Shown here piece by piece: positions 1 to 11,231 of a DNA stretch of 64,000 nt. Below the pieces are notes generated by a model that saw nothing but the letters and a program-made list of their open reading frames with translations, was not told the DNA's origin and made no database searches. Source of the DNA: Anthoceros angustus (lineage: Eukaryota > Plantae > Anthocerotophyta); contig MU008188.1 in assembly GCA_010909165.1 (NCBI GenBank), positions 496,001-560,000 on the forward strand, given 5' to 3'. The translations under genes were made by a program, and so were the position numbers. Within the stretch, counting starts at the first letter, position 1; each line of letters starts with the position of its first letter.

Positions 1-685
1 AACACAAGAGGCCGCATGCATCACTCGCGAACTCTTGACTAGTGAGCGAGGTGCACATTTCTTGGCATGGAACCCTGAGGTCGAGAACATAAGACTTGTA
101 TAGATCGGGTCACGGATCATTGCGTTGAACTCATATGGCCCGGTGGTGCAAAAACGTAAACTCGGGCTCCCCTCATTCATATCCATTGTTGCCCAGTTAA
201 CCAAATTGCTTTTGATTGGGCAAAGCCCCTATACCCCATTATCCGAGTTTCAGGGCGCCCATGCCGCTTTCCGATGCGGATCCTGGACGAGCATCCAATC
301 CTTCTGCAAAATGAGCGAGGTCAATCGGCCACCCGGTCTGGATGTGCACGCCTCGAAGGTGATTAATTGGGGGTGGCACCGGATGCTTTGAACTTTTTGG
401 TGCCTTCCCCACCCCTTGCCCGCCAGCAGCCTTTGTTTGGCTAGTCTTCCCTGAAGACATGCTCCCAGATTTTGCCTCCCCAGCCGAGGCTTTATGCCCT
501 CCCACACCTCCTGGATGTGCAGAGTGCGCTCCCAGATTGCCTTGCGCCCCTACCTCGCTGGTGGCGCCTCCGTAACTTCTTCTCCGGTGTTCGCATGGCC
601 GCCTTGTTTCCGATTTCTCGCCACGCGGTGGCGCGGGGATCGCCACTACCGCCAGTCCTTCTTGCTCCGCCTCCCGCTCGCCATC
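1..685 (-). repeat. Copy of an unknown ORF-like segment (starts MASGRRS...), duplicated at ~1725-2445; runs off the left edge of the window
   Basis: 1-685 aligns by eye with ~1725-2445 (shared gaacataagacttgtatagatc, cttcctgaagacatgctcccagattttgcc-type and cttgctccgcctcccgctcgccatc blocks), with many small indels. Confidence 0.85.
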
Positions 686-1074
686 TCTTCGCGGATGCCG
701 ACAACGCAGAAGATGATGAAGCGAAGGCCACAGCGGTGGCAACCGATGTAGTAGAATTGAACGCATGCGCAACATGGCGATTGTTTTAGATTGAAGCCAC
801 CCAAGCGCGATGAGTCTCGGATCGGTCACTTTGAGGATCTTTGTAGAGGAAAGACTATATTCGAGGGACGGAAGAGGGTTTTGAAAGCGTGATATCGATT
901 TTCTTTCATTACTTGTGTCAAAGCATAGCAAGGATACTCTGGCGGCGCCCGGCCAGCCGCGGATAAAACCTCTGTTTTATGAATTGTGAAATATCAATGT
1001 TTTTTCCCTTTCGTATTTAGCATGGTCTTTGTTAACGGAGGATTCGCGTATTTTGCATTTCGAGCGGTGTCTTT

Positions 1075-1137
1075 TTGTGAAGGGGTTTGTTGTGCGGAAG
1101 GGGTTTGTATATTAACCCCTTCCAAGATTATCATGTT
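1075..1137 (-). mobile_element. Terminus of a Sola-like family element (left-end type, reverse orientation)
   Basis: 1115-1137 accccttccaagattatcatgtt matches the TIR cccccttcaaaaattatcgtgtt (29662-29684) at 19/23. The two inner gaagggg motifs and the tatat spacer mirror the reverse complement of the left end at 26219-26280. Confidence 0.65.
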
Positions 1138-1139
1138 TC

Positions 1140-2443
1140 TGCTCAACCCCTGTCGCATCGCCTCTTTCCTCGGGATCCAACAACAACACCTCTTCCCTTG
1201 GTCGTGGAAGGGCTCTGGCAGTGGCTCTACCGGGCCGTGACCGGCCTAACCCCCATCTCCTGTTGAAATTGGATAAACCGATTGGGATCCGGAGTGCAAG
1301 GCAGAGTGGGACTGCTCCACCCTTCATCACACACGGCGCCGTGGCCCAAGACCAATTGTAGTCAATGGTTGGGACAACCATTGGCGCACCATCATTATTT
1401 GGCGCATCCCTATCTTTGTCTTGTCCCCGGACACTTCTTCATCGAATGGCCGACCACGTCTAGAATGGGGCCATCTTCCTCATCGATGGGCCAAGTTCAC
1501 TCCGGGATCCGGGGCTCCGGGATCGCCTCTTCAATAATTCTTTGATGGGCTGCTCTCACCCTTCTCATTGATAGCTCCCTCCACACAGTCCAGTCGGTAA
1601 TCTTCCCACAGATAGCCCTGATGAGGGCCATTCCGACTAACGGTGGCTGGAAAAGAGAAGAAGCGAAAGTCACGTCAGTCATCGAAGTCTCATGGTTTTG
1701 AAAAAGACAGTCATTTGAGACAACTTACAGTATGCTGTCGCATGCACTCGCGGAACTCTTCGACTAGTGAGCGAAGTGCACATTTCTTGGCATGGAACCC
1801 TCGGAGGCTGAGAACATAAGACTTGTATAGATCAGGGTCCTGGATCATTGCGTTGAACTCATATGGCCTGGTGGTGCAAAACAACGTAAACTCGGGCTCC
1901 CCCTCATTCATCCATGTTATTTACGGATTACCTTGCTCTTTGATTGGGCAAAGCCCCTATACCCCATTATCGAGTTTCGGCAAGGCGTCCATCTGCTTTG
2001 TTTCCTCTTACGGATGTGGATCTGAGCATCAATCCTTCTCGCAAAATGAGCGAGGTCAATCGCCCAGCAGTCTGCGGATGTGCAGTTTCCTCGCGGTGGT
2101 AGCGGGTGGGGGTGTACGGATGCTTTGAACTTTTTGGTGCCTTCCCCACCCCTTGACCGCCAGCAGCCTTTGTTCAGCTAGTCTTCCCTGAAGACATGCT
2201 CCCAGATTTTGCCTCCCCAGCCGAGGCTTTATGCCCTCCCACACCTCCTGGATGTGCAGAGTGCGCTCCCAGATTGCCTTGCACTCCTGACCTCGCTGGT
2301 GGCGCCTCCGTAACTTCTTCTCCGGTGTTCGCAGCCGCCTTCGCCTTGTTTCCAGCCTTCGATTTCTTCTGCCGCTGCGGCGGCGCTGGGGGATCGGCCA
2401 CTGCCTCTGCCAGGTCCTTCTTGCTCCGCCTCCCGCTCGCCAT
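1140..2443 (-). pseudogene. Frameshifted ORF of unknown, probably transposon-associated, family
   Basis: Consecutive minus-strand ORF pieces: MASGRRSKKDLAEAVADPP (ATG at 2443), MNEGEPEFTLFCTTRPYEFN (1711-1911), ALIRAICGKITDWTVWRELSMRRVRA (1497-1682). A related motif occurs at ~34085-34180. Confidence 0.5.
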
Positions 2444-3399
2444 CTTCAATAGCGACGGCTGGCAATCGGTCGGCTAGCGAAACGAAACCTGCAGACTGCG
2501 CGAGAAATGCAAGGAAGGTGACACTCTGTTCACATGAAGAGGGCCGGACCTCTCTCGCAAAATGCCGATTCGCGCTGCGATCGATGGCTTCCGACCGCCT
2601 CAAAACCTCACCATCGTAGTTGCTCAATTCTCTCAAAGGGAGGATGCCTGGAATTCCACTGCAATTGTCCTCCAAATCGCCGAGCAACACACGCTGTATG
2701 CACTCGCCCTTGTTACTTCTCCTCGACTGGAAATACGCCCCACAACGCCACACCGTCACGCGAACTGGCAAGAGAAAGAGGGTTGTAATTAGGGTTTCCT
2801 CACCCCAGGCATTTATAGCCCAAAAACTTGCCTGAATTACCTTATGACACCATATTTCGATATGCCCTAATATAAACTCCTCTCTATCCATAATCACATT
2901 GACTTTCGTGACGGCTGGCCGAGGCATCAATAATTGTCGACCATAAAAAGGCATGACGGCGCGGTCTACCGTTGGATATCTCTCACTGATAGTCCATCAT
3001 GATCTCGTAACTACACAGAAAAATAATGTCCTTCATATCTTTGCGATAGGCCTACTAAGGCACAGCCGCCATTCGCATGCATCTTCCTTGTCCATTCTCC
3101 TCGTTACTGAAGTTGTCTTGCGGGACGCCTGTAGGCCTGTCTGCCTCTTCCATGTCCACGGCGGGGGCGCTCACAATCAAGGTTCTTCTGAACAACGTGG
3201 GCATACAATGTTGCGCCTCACCCACACTCCGGAAGGAGAAGAGGTTTGAGTTCTTTCCTTCTGCAAGGCTGACTTCCTTTCCCTCGTCGGTCTTGTTTTA
3301 GGATTCTGAGTTAAGTTATTTTCGATTCTGGATTCATCGGCTTTCAGGATCATCTCTGGGCACAACACAAGCCTTCCCAATGTCCGAGTGCTTCATATA

Positions 3400-6300
3400 A
3401 AAAAAGAGAAGGGAAGAGGCTAGCTGTACAGGCCGCCACATCACCGGCATATGTCGCAACCCGTCGTGTGCATTTTGCCATTGCAGAAGAATGTAGGGAT
3501 GATGAAGGTTCGATTTGTTCCCTTCAGATTGGTAGTGATGATGCTCGTTGTGAAAATCCATATTGTGAAAATCCATATAAGGAAAGCGGTCACACATGTC
3601 ATGGGAGCGACTCCTATGCGCTGCTGCTTGAAGGCCTTCAAAAGAGTGTATTGCCTTGGGCACAGGAGGTATGAGGAGCTAAAGAGCAGAGTCATTCTGG
3701 AATCACCTTGGGATGGATTCGGACCAAACCCGAAGGCACAATCTACTTATCGCTTGATGCCATTTTCTTGGATGGACAATGCTTTTACGTTTATGGCCGA
3801 GCGGCTTCCTAATTTGGAAGTTTTCAATCTACCCGACACTACAAAGTTGGAAATATGGCGTTGTACAAGCGTCGGTCAAGCTCTACGCATTCTATGAAGT
3901 ATCCATGGTTCTTAAAAGTGTGGAGAAGCAACTTCCCAAGAGTAAAATCCGAAGTCCAACAGATTTTCAACATGCTCGCTTTGTGCAGTGAAGAGCACTA
4001 TAAGGAATACAAAGCACAAGCAAGATCAAGGTAAATTGCACCAATGTGTCCTCCATGTGCTTGTTCCTCTTGTTGAATGCCACTATCATCATGCACGGAT
4101 GTTCCTCTTGTGTCTCTTCATAATGGATGCATGTCTTGCATGTGCAATACTTACCATGGATTGGGTTTCCCAAAAAGCGCTTCCAGGGCGCCGGTGGCCG
4201 CGCCTCAGCGATAAAGCCCCTCTCGGATGAGGCGCGGCCGGCCGGCGCTGAACTCCTGATGATGATTGACCCCTCCAAATCATCATGAGCGAAGGGGAAG
4301 GCGCCGGCCGGCGCCCCCACTCTCGTGCATGAATGATTGGTAGCGGCGAAAAAAGCTTTTGTATAGGTTGGATGGTTCTCTGTCGGGTGATGGAGATGGG
4401 GGTCTATTTTATTGCTGATTATGATGTTTTGTAGGCACGAGAAATTTAGTTGCCTTGGAAGCACATCGTGCGGCTCCACCGAGGCAATGAAAATGGCTAA
4501 ACAGGAGCAAGAGCTATGTGGAGCCACATAAGTATATCTGCTATCAATTGATGGAATGGACCAAAAAGACAGAGATACCTCATCTTCTCCGGTAGAAAAC
4601 CTAGAGAGTGTCGTATTCGATCCACGTGGTTGGGTGCATGATTCACAACTATACGCTTAAAAGCTAGAGCCTATTTGCATTATGCGAATTTGCGGAGCAG
4701 CGAATCTTCGATCACCATTATTCGGGCGTTATACATAATTACGAGGGTGTCTGCCAAGAGTTTTGTATTTGCGGTTGGACAACACATGCGGGAGAATAAG
4801 AACCAGCTTTTGCTATCGAACATGCTTGTTGATATGGGTACTTTTGAAAAGTGAAAGTGGGATTCCTTTTGGTCGGACATACTCATGATCAAATCGACGG
4901 ATGTTTTCTTGCTTCTCCAAAAGCTTGAAACATAAAGAAGCTCACGCTTCCGCATTGTCGAGATCTTGATGCAAGCGTACACTCCAACACCGAGGTCAAG
5001 GTATTGGTAGTGGCGACTTCGGTCATATGTGTGGCCCATTACACAAGGCCGAGAGGACTCGATTATGGGCGGCGAAAGATTGAACAACCTATCGTTCCGG
5101 CCGGTTTAAAATAACACGTGAAGAGAAAGCGGACCGTGGGTTTGTGATGTTAAGGAGCAAGCAATACTCGACCTCGCCTCGATTGGGAAGCGAAGGGGTT
5201 TGGAGTTTTGAAATTTGTGCCTTGGACACTATAATTGCGCCCTTGATGCGGTCGAGGATAAAAAGGAAGCCAGATATTATCTCCAAGCTGCGTTGCTCAT
5301 CTAAAGGGCGGTCTTGGAACTTAGGCCTTATGTGACATCAAGGAGTTTTATGGTGGGAAGCTTTACGGGTGGACCAGAGGAGATTCTTATTGTGTGGAAA
5401 ACAACATTGGCCTTGTGCTACACAAAACCTTGGAGGTGGTACTCGGATCGAAGTGGATGCAGTAACCTCTGCATGTTCGGATGAAGCACTCCTGGAGGAG
5501 GCATTCTTGAGGAGCTCCCACAGATATGTATTTGGGAGCATACCAAAACCAGGAGGCAACAACAAGAAATGTCACGGTTGAATGGTGATATCGCGAGAAA
5601 GCGGGAATGTTAGTTGCGGTTCCAGCGGACACAGACGCAAAATAGACCCTTTTGGATTGGGAAGGTGACCGTGTTAAACTACATGCACCAGCCTCACTTC
5701 CTTGTTCATTGGTACAGGCCGAACACAGATGCGTATGAAGGAGGAGTCGTGGAAGAATATTTAATCGGAGGGATGGCAGCAGCGGGAGAAGGGGCGAAGG
5801 CTATCCATCGAAAGAATATCCAACAAGTTTTTGTTCACCAAGCGGTCATCCTCTATTATGGGTTCACTTGACTAGCGGAAACATTTATGCGTTGTGGATA
5901 AGAAGGCCATAAGATAAGTTAATTGAATTGCGAGGCTTTATTCAACCGGTGAGTCAAAGTGCAACCGAGGGCGTGAAGATGATGGTCATGATCAAGCGAA
6001 GATGATGGCGTGGAGTCGGTAAGAGTAGAAACACTCGAATGTTGGGTCATCTTGACGGGCAATTGATGGTGAGGTTATCGTCAAGCTCCATTCACAGTAG
6101 TTTGAGTGCACATTTCTGCGGTGCAAATTTCGAATAGTGTCGCCCATGATAGGATTTTGGTTGTGGCTATCCTCGTGAAGTTGTAGACTTGACATAGTTA
6201 ATATCTTCCAATTTTCAAGAGTTTTCCATTACATTCGGAAGGACATGTGGGGAGTGTGGCCATAGGGCGCGGCATTCGGCATAATGTAAGGCATACGTTG

Positions 6301-6866
6301 GAGGTGGCATGTTGTTCCTCATGCGTCATGTCGGGAACTAGTTTCGCACACTTTTTAAGTTCATCGATTGCGGCGTGAGCATGTGAATATATTTTGCCAC
6401 AATTGAGGGTCGGAAGCCATCCCCCACCCCAATCCTAAAGTCTTTTGTAAACAAATCCCACTAAGGCACCCCTCTCCGCCATTCGCAAGGATCGTCACAT
6501 GCGGAGAAGGGCCGGGCGTCCTTCCTCTCCTGCTGCTTGCCCGGCGGGTCATGTCATCAAAGTTCATCACCGTTCTTTTTGGATTTCTTTTTTTGTTGAG
6601 CGAAAAGGCGTGATTCTGCGGCAATGGCCCTTGTCATGGGTCTTAAATGTGCCCCAAATGAGGTTAACTCTTACACCATAACCCTTCGCGGGCATGAAAT
6701 GGATCTTAAATCACTGGTTCATACGAATTGTCACCCTTCTTTTCTGCCTTAAATTGACCCATACCCCAAAAACCACGAGTTCAATACCCATGTGAAACCC
6801 CTTCAGGAGATATATGTCACAAAACCCTCTTCGTGAACATTCACCCCCTTCGAAAGATATCATGTT
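3400..6866 (+). mobile_element. Degenerate Sola-like DDD transposase element with right terminus at 6866
   Basis: Frameshifted motifs: WRSNFPRVKIRSPTDFQ-CxxC (~3920-3990), SIDGMDQ (4544-4565), LPRVLYLRLDNTC-ENKNQ (4751-4806), KVGFLLVGHTHDQID-MFSCFSK (~4850-4922), PHFLVHWYRP (~5690). Probable intron ~4031-4434. Terminal 23-mer cccccttcgaaagatatcatgtt (6844-6866) matches the nested element's TIR at 19/23. Left end not found. Confidence 0.75.
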
Positions 6867-6939
6867 TAGCGCTCCCTTCACCGGAGCCGCCAGATCTTAA
6901 CGGCACGCTCCCGCACCCAGTATTCTTGCTGAATTGCAA

Positions 6940-7185
6940 GCTTTATAATGAGCTCCCACTGTCCCCCGAGGATCCGCGCCTCCCCATCCCCGCTGAATTG
7001 CAAGCTATGTAATGAGCTCCCACCGTCCCCCAAGGATCTGCGCCTCCCCTTTGCGCGGCAAGATGGTGCACCTCTCCTCCACGCGCATGGGCTACAACCC
7101 CGCGTCCCCCAAGGATCTGCGCCTCCCCTTTGCGTGGCAAGATGGTGCGCCTCTCCTCCACGCGCATGGGCTACAACCCCGCGGA
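6940..7185. repeat. Two adjacent short tandem duplications (~61 bp x2 and ~79 bp x2)
   Basis: gcaagct..taatgagctccca..ggatc.gcgcctcccc occurs twice; cccccaaggatctgcgcctcccctttgcg.ggcaagatggtgc.cctctcctccacgcgcatgggctacaaccccgcg occurs twice. Confidence 0.9.
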
Positions 7186-7424
7186 GGGGAGACACAGTGT
7201 CTTCAATGATGTTTAAAGGTTTTGAATATATTTATAAACGAACAAGCTACTTGCATGAAAACCAGCTTAGTGAGTTGGCCGGTACACTAGACTTGCATAG
7301 CCCGATTGTGCAGCGGGTTGGAGTCCAAGAGCCATTTTATTAATTAGAAATAATGCAAAAGGTCTATGGTACCGGTGCTACTATTATGTGGTCGGTTTCA
7401 CTTGGAGCCAGTCTCATGGGGTTT

Positions 7425-7830
7425 CATGAGGTGGTCATTATTATATTATAAATTTAAATTTCAAAGTCTTATTAGATTTAATGAGGTGGCCATTATTAAA
7501 TTACAAATTTAAATTTCAAAGTCTCCTCATGGGATGTCATAGGTTTGAGACAGCCATCTATTATATTTAAGGTTTAAATTTCAAGTCTCCTAGACCTCCA
7601 AGTAGTAACTATATTTTAAGTTTAAATTTTAAGTCTCCTAGGATTTAATGAGGTGCGATTATTATATTTTAAGTGTCTCTTGGTGTTTATGAGGTTGCAA
7701 TTGTTATATTTTAAGTTTGAATTTCAAAGTCTTTAGGATTTAATGATGATATGGGTTTTAATATTGAATATTTTAAGATTAAAATTTAAAAGTTAAATAT
7801 ATTAATTTTTTAAGTTCAAATTTTACTTCT
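7425..7830. repeat. AT-rich degenerate tandem repeat (~50-60 bp unit)
   Basis: Recurring gatttaatgagg...ttata.tttaa.tttaaatttcaagtct units. Confidence 0.7.
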
Positions 7831-8164
7831 AGGGTTCAATTACTATCCGATTTATTTTATTTCTTCACTCCAAAGTTTAATATTATTAAAATCTAGAGAA
7901 ATTATTAGAGTTCAGTGACCAGGCGTGTGTGGAGGGAAAGAGAAGAGAGAAAGTGATAAATGTTGAAGTAGGTGGCACTTTTTCATGTGGAGAAAGAGGA
8001 GACAAGGTAATAAATGTTAAGTTTGTTGAGATGTTCTAGTTGCTTTCTTTTGATATGGGAGATACCAAGACTAGGCAAAGAAGAAGAGAAATGGATGTAA
8101 GGGTGGGGAGGCGGGACCCATATGTTATCATTTCAATTGCCTTTGAACATGGCACTTCCATTCC

Positions 8165-8538
8165 ATGCCTCTCTCCCATGCCAAAAGTGTAATATTAAAG
8201 TGTTACAAAGTTAGGCTTGTATGTCATGTCTCTCTCCCATGCCAAAAGTGTAATATTAAAGTGTAATATTAAAGTGTTACAAAGTTAGGCTTGTATGTCA
8301 TGTCTCTCACCCATGCCAAAAGTGTAATATTAAAGTGTAATATTAAAGTGTTACAAAGTTAGGCTTGTCATGTCTCTCTCCCATGCCAAAAGTGTAATAT
8401 TAAAGTGTAATATTAAAGTGTTACAAAGTTAGGCTTGTATGTCATGTCTCTCACCCATGCCAAAAGTGTAATATTAAAGTGTAATATTAAAGTGTTACAA
8501 AGTTAGGCTTGTATGTCATGTCTCTCTCCCATGCCAAA
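8165..8538. repeat. Minisatellite, ~74-bp unit, about 5 copies
   Basis: atgtcatgtctctc(t/a)cccatgccaaaagtgtaatattaaagtgtaatattaaagtgttacaaagttaggcttgt is repeated nearly perfectly. Confidence 0.95.
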
Positions 8539-8689
8539 GTTTATTACGCTTTTGAAGACCATAACAACTACTGTAACAGAAAAGCGTAACATCAACCCCC
8601 TGTTTCTAGTAGTGAGTGAAGAAAGCGTCGGGTCTCCACCAAGAGAGGTTAAAGGAAACCAAGCGGAGGATCCAAACCGTAGCTGGGAC

Positions 8690-9140
8690 CACAGAGCATG
8701 TGTTAGGGTGACGAGGTACAAGCTAAAGGTTTCATTCAAACCAAGAACAGATGACTTCATCTTTGTCGAGGTACATTGCTTGGTCACTGATGCTGACACA
8801 TTTAATGTCTTGTTGGGAGTGGACGCTTTGTACAAACATGGAGTCATGGTGGATTTGTGGACGGAGACAAACTATTATTGACCAGGTTGGAGAAGCTATA
8901 GCAAAACCGATGAACGGATTGCTCGCATCCCTTTGCAACTGCATGGCAAGGATCATGAGAACCTCATTACCAATAGCGTCTACCCAGTATTTGGGGCCGT
9001 GGTGACGGACATGCCATACCTGCTCAAACATCTTGGGGTGTGTGTGAAAACCGCAACCGACCTAAGGAAGGATTTCGACGAGGAGGATGAAGACAAGCTA
9101 GGGTTGCAACCACTCTCAGAGGAGGTTCTTCAAGTCAACT
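8690..9140 (+). mobile_element. Ty3/gypsy retropepsin-like remnant
   Basis: VEVHCLVTDADTFNVLLGVDALYKHGVMVDLWTETNYY*PGW resembles the C-terminal half of gypsy aspartic proteases (DVLLG-type motif); interrupted by a stop. Confidence 0.55.
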
Positions 9141-10441
9141 GAACAAAGCTAGTGACTACAGCAATGAGCTGTACAAAAGCGGTGGAGGATGGTGCAAGAG
9201 GACCAGTGTCCTATGGGCCGAAGAACTGCTGTAAGTTCTTGCCTAGGGTTGAGCATGTTTGTGACCTTAACATCGAGGTGATCACATGGTGACCTCGGGA
9301 TTGCTAACTTACAGGCCAATAGACCTCTTTTGAATATGAGGACATCTAACATCTACAAGTTTCAATTAAAGGAAGAAAACCATTAGGTCTTCGGCTTAAC
9401 CTTAGAACACCGAATCACTCAAATTGTCTTTCAGCATACACTCTGCCCTCGTGATTTTTTTTACAGAGGTTTCGGTGCTAGAAGCTTTGAGTGAATTCTC
9501 CGGCCATATTGGGAGGATAACAAATTTTCAGCCTTAGAAAATGAGCATGTCTACTATCGCCCACAACACCTTGAAGTTCGAAATTTCGAAAAATATCGTT
9601 GAACCCTGGTTTAGTATCTACGGTTGTAAACATTCAGCGTTTTTGTGGTATGCAAAATAACAGTATTGACTATGCAACTATGTTCTAGATTTGGTGGGGA
9701 TGTGCATCTTGTTGTGATTTGCCTCCCTTAGGGAACCACAGATGTCGATACCTTGAGAATGCTTTTTGTGTGGAATGTTTTTTTGTTTTTGTTATGTAGA
9801 GTGAAAATAAGGATTTGTTAGGGTTTTAGACCCAAGTAGCGGGAAGAGCGAGCAAGGTGGTGCGTCCAACCACCGTGGGGCAAAATCATGGGCATGGTGG
9901 TTCAGCTACCATTGTCCAACCACGATGGGACAAAATTGTGGGCATGGTGGTTCAGCCACGTGGTCCAATTTTACAGAAAGAATGATTTTATATTTTCATG
10001 TTGTAAAATCAGATAATAACTAAAATTCCAAAAAATTGTAAAGGATTGGAAGAGATATTAAATGATGTTCAAACCAACAAAAACAACTAATTGTAGATGT
10101 CAACGGTGCACCTACCGAATATGACTACTTATAAGGGAAGGATGAAAAATAGACTCATAGGAAGGTGCAATGTAAGAGTTTAGACACTATCTGAATGCAA
10201 GACATGACTATTTTATCTGTAAATGCTCATAAGACTAATGTTATCTAAACAAGGGTAAACCCATAAGGGTTTACGGTTAAGATGTTGTTGCTCCTAACTA
10301 GAATGGTTAAGTTCACATATAGTTGGATAGGTGTCTTATTACATATTACATACATGTTGCAATACAAGATCTATTGATGGAGAACCTTAGGGCACATTAG
10401 GGAACATCGATGGATACAGTCACTATAACTACTTCGATGTT

Positions 10442-10536
10442 GCTAGATGGGTTTTGTTGCTACAAGAGTTTGATATTGATGTGGAAACAAGGCCAGGAAA
10501 GCAGCATCAAGAATGCTGATTTTGTTTCTCGACTGA
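10442..10536 (+). mobile_element. Ty3/gypsy RNase H C-terminal remnant
   Basis: Translates ARWVLLLQEFDIDVETRPGKQHQ-NADFVSRL, the typical gypsy RT-RNaseH end motif. Confidence 0.8.
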
Positions 10537-11231
10537 GGGCTGGAGAGCGACTTGAGGCTACAGATGACCAATTTTCCGATGACTAATCACTCATATTTCG
10601 ACACCAACAATATAATTCGCCTACTCTCGCAGCCGCCAACGCTCCCTCTGCATCCTCCTACCAATTGAAGTGTAGTTGTAAGGTTGGGAGTTGTTGGTTG
10701 CGACCCATGAAGAAGGGTGCAAGTAGAGGAGGACCTCATAATTGTGGCGCTGAGAACAGCTCCATCAGCTTTTTTTATGAGTTAATTATAAATTAAAAAC
10801 TATAATTCACCCTTAAGAAGCCAAAACTCCCTTCAGCGTTATGGGGTTAATCTTGGCCTACCTACTGAACAACGAGTGCTCAAGGAAAAGCCGGGTGTGA
10901 TTAGGTACTAGGTATCCTTGAATGAAACTTAGCTGAATATAACTTGCACCTGGGTCATATGTTCCACGACCGGTTGCTACGTGTAAGGCCAACGAACGAG
11001 ATGTGTACACTTCGGCGTATTTCTATCCCGTTCATTGGAGGCGTAGAAGGTCTGAAGTTTGGAAGGTGGGGAGCGGTGAGCAAGGTGTGTTTGGCAGAAG
11101 GGCGTGGTGCCATACGTTAGACGCTGCTGGGCAAAAGCAGGTTCAGGTACCAATGGCGTCATCGTTCAGTTTGTGGCGTGGTGGCGGCCATCGCTGTCTC
11201 CTCGTCTAGCCACGGGCCACAGCACTCTCCC

